A DNA stretch of 58,132 bases, filler included, from Sphacelaria rigidula (Eukaryota): NCBI GenBank assembly GCA_964200075.2. It is 9 parts of 9 records of this genome, joined end to end, with 100 filler letters (N's around TTAATTAATTAA, not from the genome) between each part and the next. Parts side by side here need not be neighbours in the genome. Positions count along the whole stretch, not along the records: positions 19,413 to 25,782 come from CAXNAA020020481.1; positions 25,883 to 32,252 come from CAXNAA020020482.1; positions 32,353 to 38,722 come from CAXNAA020020483.1; 6 more parts are not named here. The stretch is one strand, 5' to 3'. The translations under genes were made by a program, and so were the position numbers. Shown here in pieces: positions 24,225-36,000 of this stretch. A model generated the notes under the pieces. That model had not been told where the DNA came from. It saw only the letters and a list, made by a program, of their open reading frames with translations, and did no database searches. Positions within the stretch are counted from its first letter, which is position 1; each line of letters opens with the position of its first letter.

Positions 24225-26004
24225 TAATAAGTAAAAACCTATGAAAAGCGCACTCCTACCGTTGAATCACAGTCCCCGCCAGACTGACTGGCGACGTGTA
24301 CGAGTATCACTGTAGAAATTTGATCTGCTTGCATGCTCAACACGGTGTAGGTGTGGAAGAAACGGAATATATCATGAGCTAAGGAGCGGGGTCATCCCTC
24401 ACAACAAGCATCACGATGATGATAGCCGCCCCCATTCGCTTTACTCAGTTAGAAACCACAGCAGCGGCCTCTGAGCACTACCATTAGCAGCGCAACAAGC
24501 ATGTCCACATCCGCACAAGGGCAGCCCGATGAGTTTGTTGTTGGGTCGGAGGAAAAATAATATATTAATAGAACTAGACCTGCAGTTTGTGATTTGCGTC
24601 GAAAAGACGTCAGTTCAGTTGTGCCAGCGACAGTACGGACGACTGTTTTCGTATTTCCTCGTTTCCGGTGCGCACTTATGCGCGGCAGGAAAAAGGAGAA
24701 ATAAGATGTTGCTATTTGCTCAATTAAATCATCATAACGCTGTTCAACGAGTGTCTGACAAAAATTACCCGGGGAGAGTCCTCAACGTGTACACTGCCGG
24801 CGTTAATGAAGCACGGGTACCTCCCGCGAGCCTGCCAGATGATCAGCCGTATGACCTGTGCAATCTGTGGGTGATCTGTATCTATATGACCCGTTTAACC
24901 TATACACAATTCTCGGTTGGTGACCTGCAGAACGCGGTCGCTCCGTACACATATCCTGGTAAACAATCTGTATGACAGTGTGAGTCGTACAAGTCCGCTT
25001 CATGGTGATCTGTATGACCCGAGAATTCGTACGAACCTGCCGTTTGATCTGTATACTCTTTCGATCTGTACATCATCTCCTTGGACCGACACACCTGTCT
25101 AATCCGAATCAAGTGTCTCGCAACACCAACAGCAACCTGTGTACCCTCACAACCCGTACAAGATACCTCCCTCGTGAACGATGATACCCGGATCACGAGT
25201 ATCTTTCAATGACTGGTTGCACTGTGTCATTTGAATCGTTTGCACAAGTGTTCTCACACTTGACCTGTATGGCTCAAGTGACACAGATAATGATTTGCCC
25301 GACGTGTGCAACTATCCTCAGTCGGGCGGCGGTCGGGGGGCAGGATATTGGAGGTACTGAGATAGGGGGGTCAGACGAGGCCATCTAAAAAAATGTCCGT
25401 CAACAATGGTTGGTACTATGGAGGTGCCGCCAACCCTAACACTAACCCCAATCCCAACCCCGACCCAAGGCTTGCGAGAACCCTCGGGGAAGGGAGGTGC
25501 AAGGTGTTCGGTAGCTCAAATCGACGCCGAAGCGCCGATTTTTGACGAAAACACGTTCAGGACGAGCTGGGTCCACTGCTTACCTGCCCCGAAACATAAA
25601 TTTTCTCAGAACTTTCTTCAGACTGAAATCAAATAAAATCGAGTATCAATCATTGTTTACAGACAATTCTTTAGGTCTACGAGAGGACCCCCCCCCCCCC
25701 CCCCCCCCCCTCCCCCCCCCGGACCCCGGGCGCCCCCCCCCCCCCCCGGAGGGGGGGGGGCGCCCGGGGGGGGGGGGGGGTGNNNNNNNNNNNNNNNNNN
25801 NNNNNNNNNNNNNNNNNNNNNNNNNNTTAATTAATTAANNNNNNNNNNNNNNNNNNNNNNNNNNNNNNNNNNNNNNNNNNNNAGACTTTTTTTTCTCCGT
25901 TTTTTTTTGGGGCCCGGGGGCCAATGCCCCCCCCCCCCCCCCGAGTGATGTGCGTGAAACCTCCGGAGCGAAAACGGTAAAAATGGCGTGTTTGGCTGTT
26001 TTCG

Positions 26005-26075
26005 TGTTTCTGGCCATTTCTCGTACCTTTCTTAGGCAAAAAAACAGAAGGTATACTTCTTTTAGGCCATTGCCC
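26005..26075. repeat. Terminus of a dispersed repeat, also at 32353-32412 and inverted at 38654-38722
   Basis: Shared CCATTT.TCGTACCTTTCTT.GGCAAAAAA..AGAAGGTATAC...CCATTGC, at or near three scaffold ends. Confidence 0.8.
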
Positions 26076-26099
26076 AAAAAATGTATATCTTCAATATTC

Positions 26100-26440
26100 C
26101 GTGACGTACGCGCTGACAGGTCATCGGGGGTCCCGCCAGTTGTCAGCCCCAGATTCTGATTCATCGGTATTTTCAGTCCATTGAGCACGCCCCGATCGTA
26201 TTTCTGAAGAAATGAAAAAAGGACGATTTTCTCATTTTTACCTGCTCAGTGCACTGGAACCGAAAAGCTGTGTTTCACGCTCAAGAAGACCCTCCTGATA
26301 ATCGGTGTGTCTACTCGTACCGCCCGATGACACACACAACGAATAGTATCTACGATACGGTGTTTTGAGGACGATCTTTTACATTTCACCAAAATCTACC
26401 GACGCTCACACTTTCGACTCCTATCGAAGAGACCTACGCT
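26100..26440. repeat. Dispersed repeat with an inverted copy at ~39140-39480
   Basis: Collinear reverse-complement matches, e.g. ACCCTCCTGATAA and GTGTTTTGAGGACG. Confidence 0.7.
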
Positions 26441-27144
26441 CGAAATGGCACGAAAAAAAACTAACTTACCTTGAACTTAAGGTACAATTAGATGGATATT
26501 GCGAATCTAGTCGTTTTGGCAGGCTATGCTCCGCTGCTGCGTTTGCAAGTGTCATGGCCGCCACGTTGTGTTTCGCACAATATTGTGCAATAGATAGCAC
26601 GAAATTATTATCAAATTGTATCCGCAGCTGTGGTTCACGTCTGTCGTGCTCGAGTCATGCTCTACTGTAACGGCTTGGTTCGTTTAGATTACACGGTCGC
26701 AGGCTCACGCCCGCGCCCTGCAAGTAGGGCATCACGCCGCAACGTTATGCAACGATTGTCGGTACCCTACCACGGGACTCGTTCCTAGGTAAACGCGGTC
26801 ATTGTTCAAGCATACATATGACATCCTCCTGGGGACGAAGGATCAGATCGTGTTGCTGTGAAACATGCTAACAAACATACCTGTCCCAAACAGGGGTGTA
26901 GTCCCGCTTCATCTCGCGCATCGCTTGGTCGAAACGAGCCCACAGCTTCTTCCCATCAGTGAAAAGAATCGGGGCTGCATCGCAGGAAACGCAACAATCG
27001 GGCGGTTGACCGTGAGATAATTCTGTACATACCTGCTATTGCGCGTGCACGGCAACAGCAGCAGCGAATCAACGTAACTAAACGCAACAGCAACTGCACC
27101 GCCGGCCGTTATAGGCTGCAACAGCTACGTTGTCCCTGTTAGTA

Positions 27145-27865
27145 CGCCACACGGCCTGTGGATCTCGAAGTGTGACATGCGGTGAAGCGCGTAGGCTAAG
27201 CTGCAGGCATGGTGCGCCGCTGGTGCTGTGCTGCCACCAGCTGTATTGTTTTGTAATGGCAATCTTGACAGGCGACTCAGGGTCGTGCTACGACATGTAC
27301 AGCGACACCTCGACAGCGAAGGATCATCAGTCGGGCACTAATTCTGTGATAATGCTGCACAGTCGATGGATCTCAAACTATGAGGCATATGCTGCGCGGC
27401 GCGGTGGCTGCGCCACGATCTCGGCTGCCGCCGCTGCTGCTGCACAGCCAGTACATGCTCTGTTCTCGAATTCGAATCATTGCGAGGCACTCCAAAATCA
27501 CGATTCAACATGTACAACGGCAGCAGTTCGACAGCGAATAAACATCAGACATGCACAAACTCTGCGAGAACGCTGCACGGCCAGCGGTTCTCCAACTATG
27601 ATATACATGCTGCGCGGCGCGTGGGCGGCGCGACGACCTCGGCATCCGCCGCTGCTGCTGTACCCTCACTACTCTTACATTACTGTCACGACTTGCTCTG
27701 AATTTGAATTCACCTTCTATCAGGAGATTCAAAATCGCGCTTCAACATATGCAGCGAAAGTTCAACAGCGAATCAACATCAGGCAGGCACAAACTCCGTG
27801 ATTATACTGCACGGCCGGCGGATCTCGAACTGTAACATGTACGCTGCGCTGTGGGTGCGCTGCGC
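27145..27865. repeat. Degenerate tandem repeat, ~210-235 bp unit, ~3.3 copies
   Basis: GCACGGCC.G.GGATCTC.AACT-like motif recurs near 27147, 27356, 27574 and 27808. Confidence 0.75.
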
Positions 27866-28559
27866 GGGGGCGACGAGACAATCCCCGTCTGCGCCCCCAG
27901 CACTACCCCCCATCCTCTGTATGCTCCGTCTCTCTTCCTGGACTTCTGCCCCTTCTCACCTACCTTCATGGTAGCCTGTCCCATTTTTTACACTGTCAGC
28001 CATGTCGGCAACGCGATCTTGTGGTCTCGTGCCCACCGGAAGAAGCCTGGAACGGCTATGCCCTTGTATGATTGGGCGGCAGCTTCATGCTTGCCATCGG
28101 TGCCTAGAATGCCGCCGTTGCACTTCACCGCCAGGCACGCATATGCGGTATACACGTTCTGCATATATTTCACGAGTTGCTTTTGGCTGTTCGCATCGTT
28201 GTCCAGGATAAGATCGAAGGTACTCTGTGGGTACGCGGTGTACTGAAGCGGCAGGCACATCACGTTCTCAAGATTCATGGTGCGCGTGTAGCGTTGCTGT
28301 ACTGTCTTCGGCCGCCGTGCGTACTAGTCCCTTGCGTAGACGAACGGTCTGTCTACTGTGCGCTGGGTCTCCAAAGCGCGCACAATATTTGAAAATCATA
28401 GCCTGCACGCCTCCTCGAAACGAACCCGTCTGCTTTTCCTATTTTGATAACGGCTGCATAACATCATGAGGCCTGCTTGAAAAATTCCTGTTGAAAAACG
28501 CCATGTTGAAAAACGGCATTTTTGCTAACGTTTTTTTTAATACATAAGAAGTAGCCTTA

Positions 28560-29417
28560 GGGCCATTATCATCGACAAATTAAAAAAATGGGAGACGGTC
28601 TGCAATTTCGGCGATCGCTTAAGACTCATTATTATCTAGAGCTACTGTTGCTGTTAGATATCTCATTACAGACGGTGCTAATCTCGTCGTTTGCTTGCCT
28701 TCGCCGGCAAATAAAGGACAGGTTTATGCTACCTTCCCGTGTATGGCGTTCATAACTGTGGTCAACATCTTTCTCACAACCTCTCTGTGACACCGGGGGG
28801 CAGTCGGACAGGCTAGGGCGTGATCGACCGGCTCTTTCGGGATGCTGCAGCAGCACACATGAGTAAAAATACCGACTGTAAAAAGCCCCGTGCATCGATT
28901 GCAGCATGCTTGCTTTCCGTGAGTTGTATGCGTAGATACACCCAGTGACACCACCAGCTATACACTTTTCAGACGGTGCGGTAGCGTACAGTCGTAGCAG
29001 TACTGCAGGCAAGTAGGTAGCCACTGGATTGTTTTTGCTAGTCATTTCGAAAGTGCGTATGTCTGCAAAGGACGACCACCGTGCTTGGCCCCAACAGCTC
29101 CCACACCGCTGCCGGGGCACACACCGTCTAAGGAGATGAATACTGCCAACCTGTGGTGCTTTTTACTCTACGACATAGCCCAGGGTGTCACTAGCAAGGT
29201 TCCTGATGATTCTAGCATGCTTTTGAGCGCCACGGCGTGCGCCAAGGGCAGCTCTGCGGAGTATTACGCTGCGGTCCCAAATATTCGGCGTTCGCCAAAC
29301 GTGAGGGCTTGGCGAAAAACTCCAGCTGCTTCATTTTCGGAGAACGCCAAGCACCAGGTGCGAAAACGCCTAGAATCTTGGCGATCTCCGAAAAAACTGT
29401 GTCGATAATAACGGCCC
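28560..29417. mobile_element. PIF/Harbinger (Tourist-like) non-autonomous element, 858 bp
   Basis: TIR GGGCCATTATCATCGACA...TGTCGATAATAACGGCCC; TSD TTA/TTA. Confidence 0.9.
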
Positions 29418-30881
29418 TTATTGTAGACTGCTCTCTTGGAGATCCCCGAAATTTTCGGAATTTTCGGACTCTGCGTTCAGACTTGTCCGAAAATGAAGCG
29501 GGTTGATTTTTTCTCCGAAAATTTACTTTTCGAGACGTCCGAAAATTTCGGACTGCAACGCAGCACTTCGGAGAGCCGCCCTGCCCTGTGCGTCTGCCGT
29601 GGCGTTCGCAAGCGTCCGAGCGTCATCAGGTACCTTGCCAGTGACACCCTAGGCCATGTCCTCAGGCCGGCGAAGGCGAGCCAACGACGAGATCAGGAGT
29701 GTGTCCGTGATGAGAGATCTAACAGCAACGGCAGAACTCGATTACAATACGCTATTTAATGCTCTCCAAGGTTTTGGGATTTTTCCAAAAAAACACCTCG
29801 ATAATACTGGGCCTAAATAAAACCGCGAGTCGTTTAACGTTTGGGCTCTCAGAAACCGCGATTACACAATGCTACGTCCGATTTAGTGTCATGTTCTTCA
29901 CCACTATCCCAAAAACAAGACGTGATGGAGCCGAAGAAGTGAACAGGGCACAGAACGAAATTGTGCTGATACACGGCTATCTAATGTTTCTGAAGCCATG
30001 TCTCGATGATGTCTGGCTCAATTCGACGCAATGCACCGCACAATCCAGTGATGGATACCTCTCCCAAGCAGCTGAGACAGATGATACTATTTGTACAAGC
30101 CAGAGTCATTTTCACACTCTGGACAATGGAGACAGTAATAGTCCATTGCTCCAGCAATAGACGCGGGGGAAAAGCTATCGATACATGTATATGTATATGT
30201 ATCATTTCGCATTTTCCACCACTTTTGCCGATTTTTTTTCTAGCGGCAAGGTATCTTATCACGCGCTTTCTTTTGCAGTGCACGAAGAAGGCGCAGCGGT
30301 GCATTACCTTTCAGGTTTGGATGTCATCTGATACCTGTGGCGCGTGTTCTGGCCATCGAGAGTCGCCCACACTGACTCTTTTTTGCGGGGTGTCGATCCC
30401 GAACCACAAAAGCCGTATCAAGTCCATGAAAACCTTCAAGCAGCAGCATGATGGTTGGCGGGGTACTTTCCCCCCGTGTTTCCCTTCACCGGGTTTTCGT
30501 TCATTTGGGAGCACGAGCACACCGGTTATGCCGCCAATGTCACGAGAATATGAGAGCAGTGCAGTTGAAAACTATTGAACATTGCCTTGGCCTTAGTCGG
30601 CAGCAAACACCAGACCGTGCGATGAGCCGTTGATGAGTTGAATAAGGCACACACGTGGGCAAACGTCCCCACTGTGGATCACGCGTGTAGGACCAGCAGC
30701 GGGGTGCCAAAATCCCTGTGATCATGCATCCCGTAACAGAAAGTTCCCTCACAGGATGCACCTGTGAAGTACAGGCGCAGGGATGTCCTTGTGTCAGGCT
30801 TGACAGGTTTGTCCTTGTGATAGGGATGACAGGGAGAAATATACGAGTACGCACGTCATGAATCTTTCGGCGGCTTTATTA

Positions 30882-31961
30882 GGGCCTTTATCATCGACAT
30901 GTAAAAAAAATGGGAGAAGGTCTGAAAGTTCGGCAATCGTTTAAGGCTGATTATTATCGAGATATGAAATTCGACTTAACGGTCGACGAGGGAAAGGGAC
31001 TGCTAAACCCCTCTCGCGATGAAAAAGGCAAGCACCGCAGAAGGGAGGTGGGGTACTAAAAAACGAACAAAATAGAAAAAGCTCGTGTGTTGACCTTCCT
31101 CCTATGTGACCCCGGCTACTGCGCCCACATATACCTAAAGGTGTAGACCGGCGTTCAGAATAGATGGGACGACAGCACACACACTGTTGCTGTTATAATA
31201 GATATCTCATTACAGGTGGTGCTGATATCGGGGTTTGCTTGCCTTCGCCGGCAAAAGAAAGGGCAAGGTTATGTCACCTACCGTGTATGGCATTCATAAC
31301 TGTGGTCAACATCTTTCACACAACCTCTCTGTGACACCGGGAGGGGCAGTCGGACAGGCTAGGGCGTGATCGACCGGCTCTCTCGGGATGCTGCAGCAGC
31401 ACACATGAGTAAAAGTATCGACTGTAAAAAGCCCCGTGCATAGATTGCAGCATGCTTACCCTCTGTGAGTTGTATGCGCAGGTACACCCAGTGACACCAC
31501 CAGCTGAATGCTTTCGAGACGGTGCGATAGCGTACAGTCGTAGCAGCACTGCAGCAAGTCGGTAGCCACTGGATTGTTTCTGCTAGTCGCTTCGAAAGTG
31601 CGTACGTCTGCGAGCGACGACCACAGTGCTTGACCCCGACAGCTCCAACACCGCTGCCCGGGCACACACCGTCGAAGGAGATAGATATCGCCAACCCGCG
31701 GTGCTTCTCACCCAACAACATAGCCCAGGGTGTCACTAGCAAGTTTCCAGATGATTCTCGCATGCTTGCGATCGCCACGGCATGCGGCAAGGGCAGCTCT
31801 TTGGAGCATTGCGCTGCGGTTCCAAATATTCGGCGTTCGCCAAACGTGAGGGCTTGGCGAAAAATCTAGCCGCTCCACTTTTGGAGAACGCCAAGCGCCC
31901 GGTGCGAAAAGACTTGGCGATCTCCGAAAAGACTGTGTCGATAATAACATAATGACGGCCC
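30882..31961. mobile_element. Second copy of the Harbinger element, carrying a SINE insertion
   Basis: Collinear with 28560-29417; flanks TTA/TGA. Confidence 0.88.
30967..31182 (+). mobile_element. 5'-truncated SINE copy
   Basis: Absent from the paralogous site near 28643; ends GGGACGACAGCACACAC. Confidence 0.88.
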
Positions 31962-32023
31962 TGAGGCTGGATATTATGGCAAACAGATTTTTGGCCCACA
32001 TATTCTTCACTTTTGGGATGTTT

Positions 32024-32135
32024 CGCTGAACAAAAATCCGTGCGCAAAAATCTGAGCTTGCCGACCCTCGCCAGTTTGGACAAACTGGCGGGGGTCGGCA
32101 AGCTCAGATTTTTGCGCACGGATTGTTGTTCAGCG
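32024..32135. repeat. Near-perfect hairpin, 55-bp arms
   Basis: CGCTGAACAAAAATCCG...CCAGTTTG-GA-CAAACTGG...CGGATTGTTGTTCAGCG, 2 mismatches. Confidence 0.95.
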
Positions 32136-32569
32136 GCCAATCTCGAAACCTCGAGGCCAAGCGAATCTGAAAAGCAGACTAGACTCCTCTCTGTGGGGTG
32201 ATGCAAAGTGTCCGAGACGTGTGTTGACGGTTTTCTTGGTTTGGGAGTCAAANNNNNNNNNNNNNNNNNNNNNNNNNNNNNNNNNNNNNNNNNNNNTTAA
32301 TTAATTAANNNNNNNNNNNNNNNNNNNNNNNNNNNNNNNNNNNNNNNNNNNNCCATTTTTCGTACCTTTCTTGGGCAAAAAACGAGAAGGTATACCTTTT
32401 CTAGTCCATTGCTCTACATTTTTCCTAGTGTAGAAAGGCAGTGCAAGACACTCGCAACTTTCCAAGTCTCCTGCTACGCGCATGTACATGAGTCAACCTC
32501 TGCGGGCGCACACTCGTATGCATGATCTTGACACAAACATTTGAATGCATCTATTTCTTCGTTTCACAG

Positions 32570-33128
32570 GAAAGGGATTGTGGTATCATTGAGCGTTGTG
32601 GGATCCGTGATGCTGCTCGGAGTGCTAGCCTTCGCCTTTGTTATCGGCAGCAGGAAAAAAAAAAGAGGTATCGCCCAAGGTGAACCATGAATTATTTCCT
32701 ATTCGATCGACTGATGAAAATCCAGAGCGTGCCGTCATCCATATCTGAAATCATATGCAGTGGGGTCGCACAGGCTTTGGATTCAAACCATGAGTTGATC
32801 ACTGTCTGCTGACATGTGTGCCGCTAAGAGCATACGGTCGCGAGAAGGAAGAGCGTAATTTATCAGGAAAAAACCGCACCATAGCAAGGTGGAATCTGGT
32901 GCGTGCAGAAGTGCACAGTTGTCGCCACTATTTTTTGCACCAGTCTTCGCCGACGCTGAATTCCCTCCCATCGTCATGACATTACAACCAACTGTAGGTA
33001 CTGCAGCAGTCAAACAACGGCCGGGGCCGGAGGACGGGAGTGTTTCTCCCGGCGATTCTCCGGCGGCTCCTGCTCCAGTTGTGTTCGAGCCATGGGGGAC
33101 CCGACCACCTCCAAAGACGTACAAGTAG
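32570..33128 (+). CDS. Last two exons (32570-32679, 32944-33128) of a single-pass membrane protein
   Basis: Canonical phase-compatible splice sites; KGIVVSLSVVGSVMLLGVLAFAFVIGS-RKKKR (TM helix plus basic stop-transfer), then a Pro-rich tail ending RPPPKTYK*. Confidence 0.75.
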
Positions 33129-34488
33129 CGGACTAGGGGAAGTCCGGCACCCATACACAACCAGTGAGGCAACGATGGACCTGCGAAAGTGAGCCCTCCA
33201 GTGCTGTTCGTGGAGAGAAGCAGTGAGGTCGCTCTTCACACCCAAAATGGTGGGGTGTTATCAATATCTGTCATGTTGTCGGCAGTGTGCTTCGCGTTGA
33301 TGTGTGGAGCAAGAACATCTCGTGCTCGCCACCCTTGTTTAATGGGAAGTTGTCCACGAATCACCAATTCAGTCTGTTTTCTCGTGTATCACCCCCCCCA
33401 TTTTTGTTCGCTTGCTCTTTTTTTACCTTGGTTATGGACTATTTGACTATTTCGTCCGCGCCTTCATTCTTTGGGCGAGGGTAGTGCTGTGTGCTCTGCG
33501 AGAATACTCGGCCAGTGTTACGTGTCACTTGTATATTTGTTGTTTTCGTCGTGGTATCCAAGTCTATAGTTGCTGTTCAAGTTCCGAGCTTCTAATTGTT
33601 TATGGCCCCACAGTTAGTGAAAGTTAGTGAAAGTCATCCTACCGTAGTGTGTTTGTTAATGTACGGCTACTGTATTTTCTGAGTCAAACCGGTTATTATA
33701 GCACTAGCTTCCTTCGCTGACCACAGTACATCGCGAGACTTGCCGAAGGCGGTATGCGATATTGCTATTAAGGTATCATTTTTTTAATTGTATGAACAAA
33801 ATGATTTGCACAAACAGCAGTGGCTGTTGAAACTCGCTCTTGAGCATTGGTACCTCAGATAGAGCTTATGGTCGACATGATGTAGTATCAAGATGTAGGG
33901 GAGATTGTATGTGTGTTTCTGAAGATGGGTGGTGGACGTGGTCGACAGAGTTTCGTGACTACCTATCGTGAGCATTTCTTAGATATCACTCATTGCATTG
34001 TTGGTTCCATGTCTTGAGCACTTGTAAGGCGATTGAAGACATGGGCGTTTTGGCAAGATAAATGCACCTAGAGTTTCGAGAACGGCAATTGATTGTACGA
34101 AACAAGAAAATATGTACAAAGCACACAGGCATTGCGAAGGGCTGGAGCTCGTCGAACATGTCCACCTGTTTTAAGCAGTTATACTGCGACGCACAATCAT
34201 ACGTTTTGCACGCACCATGCTTCAGAGTGCCGGCGACCAAGTATCATCGTTTTCATTGTGTACTGCCGATGTCTTTGCTGTGTCCAGCCGTATGTGCATC
34301 GTTTGCGCCACGGGAATCCTCGCCAGTCCTGTATCACGTCCTAGTTCGTAAAGCTGTACAACAGTACACCCCATGGCCAGTCGTCTGCTTGAAGTTGTCT
34401 CGAGAATGACCGGCCGCACTATTGGAAGATTGTAGCCTGATCATCTCGTGCCCGTTCCGTTCCAATAATCCATGCCATCATCACTCCG

Positions 34489-36000
34489 TCACGGGTGCTT
34501 GAAAAAAATAACTGGCGAAGGTCCTACGACCACATTTCCCAGGCCACCCTCTGCAGCCTCCCGTGTGTGCTTATCCAGCGTCCATAGCTTGTGCTGACCC
34601 GCTAGACTGAAGGGTAGAACTAGCTGTCGGGGATCTCCAACAGCGCAAGAGCGAAGGATCAATGAAGCGAGGCAACAGTGGGGGAATACCTACAAGTCAG
34701 GCTTGGCCACTAGTCTTGATGGACCATGACCGCGGATATACAGTGTTCAATGTTGGGATCTCCTGCATTGTACTCATAGCGGTATGTGTTGTCATCCCAT
34801 ATAATCTGGACGCCAGCAGTCTACACCTTTCGGTATATGTGGGCGCATCAGCCGGGGTAATGCAGGGGAAAGGCCAACACAGTAGTTTTACTTTTATTTT
34901 GTGTTAGTACTCCACCCTCCTTCTGCGGTGCTTCGCCTTCTTTGTTTTTCGCGAGAGAGGTTCAGTAGTCCCTTTCCCTCGTCGGCCGTGAAGTCGAATG
35001 TTATGTACCCACGACATAGTCGCTCTCCACTGTTGGACATTGTGTGAGAAAAAACTCCAGATCGTGTGACTGCACCGAGATTCAAACCCAGGACCGAACC
35101 GTCAGCGGTACTCGAGGTTTACTGTACCGACTGAGCCACCGGGGCGACCAGCAAGTATTCTAGATTCAGCCCCAGTGTTGATTCCTTCGATATGGTTAAG
35201 CACAAGCGGGTTTCGCTGAGTACCTTCACAGAGGAACACAAATGCAGACTGGCTCTCCAGCTTCGGTCCAACAGGAATATCCTGTGCAGCCTGGAAATCT
35301 GCCTGCTTCAAAATCGATACGTACAACACGCATGGCGAGCCGTTGAAATGGATTCAACGCAGAAGGGAACATGTCAAGCACCGATCTTCGTGCGATCATC
35401 TCGCCATCACGCTGAGCAGCAAACAAGCTGATCTCTTCACAGTACTAGGAATTGCAGCACTTTCAATCCCATGGAAAGCTAGTGATATTAACGGCGTACT
35501 TTTTTCGCACTTTGGCACAATGGTCTTGCTTCTTCAGGCCAGCTCTAGACCAACACCTGGCACCGGAAGAATGAGTCGAGATAGTGCGCGAAACGCAGGA
35601 CGTCAACATGAGAAAAGATGGTATATTGAAACTGACTTGCAACCTGATCCTTGAGCTGCGATGAAATCCACCACTGGGGTCGTGGAATGAAAATCGATGC
35701 AGCCTCAATGAATTTATCACCTTCCTAACTAGTAGAGAAGACAGCGGTTGTGTGTGGGCTGTGTCGTCTACCGGAGCGGTGACTACAAAACAGCGAATCA
35801 ATTCAGGGTGAGCGCGGCTCAGGTACACACGTGCAGATTGTGCTTCTCATCGTTCTAGGTCTTCGGATCACCTGAGAAAGACACCCCGTGACTTCTACAC
35901 ATCCCAAGAGGCACGAAGTCGGGTAGGACGTGGGGAACACCACATGCTCCACTCCCTCCGCTGCGTAAACTGACCTATACTGGTCCTCCACCGATCGAAG
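34489..36000 (-). CDS. Last three exons (36000-35872, 35302-35224, 34634-34489) of an ASCH-domain (ASC-1/TRIP4-like) protein
   Basis: Spliced translation includes FPTSYPTSCLLGCVEVTGCLSQ / ESQSAFVFLCE / DPRQLVLPFSLAGQHKLWTLD, matching the C-terminal half of ASCH; splice phases compatible; 5' exons not found. Confidence 0.88.
34783..35149 (-). mobile_element. Full-length tRNA-derived SINE (~370 bp) in the last intron of the ASCH gene
   Basis: 5' GGTCGCCCCGGTGGCTCAGTCGGTA (A box), GGTTTGAATC (B box), 3' ACAACAC tail. Confidence 0.88.

Larger units (their letters stand above)
22941..24241. mobile_element. hAT-type mini-MITE (family of 39701-39811) split by an insertion
   Basis: Left part 22941-23037, right tip 24227-24241; flanks TGAATCGC / TGAAAAGC (6/8). 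Confidence 0.75.

Noticed and set aside
25429..25470. Telomere (AACCCT-like units; also GGTTAGGGTTAGG near 39665)
   Set aside because: Only a few degenerate internal units, not a terminal array
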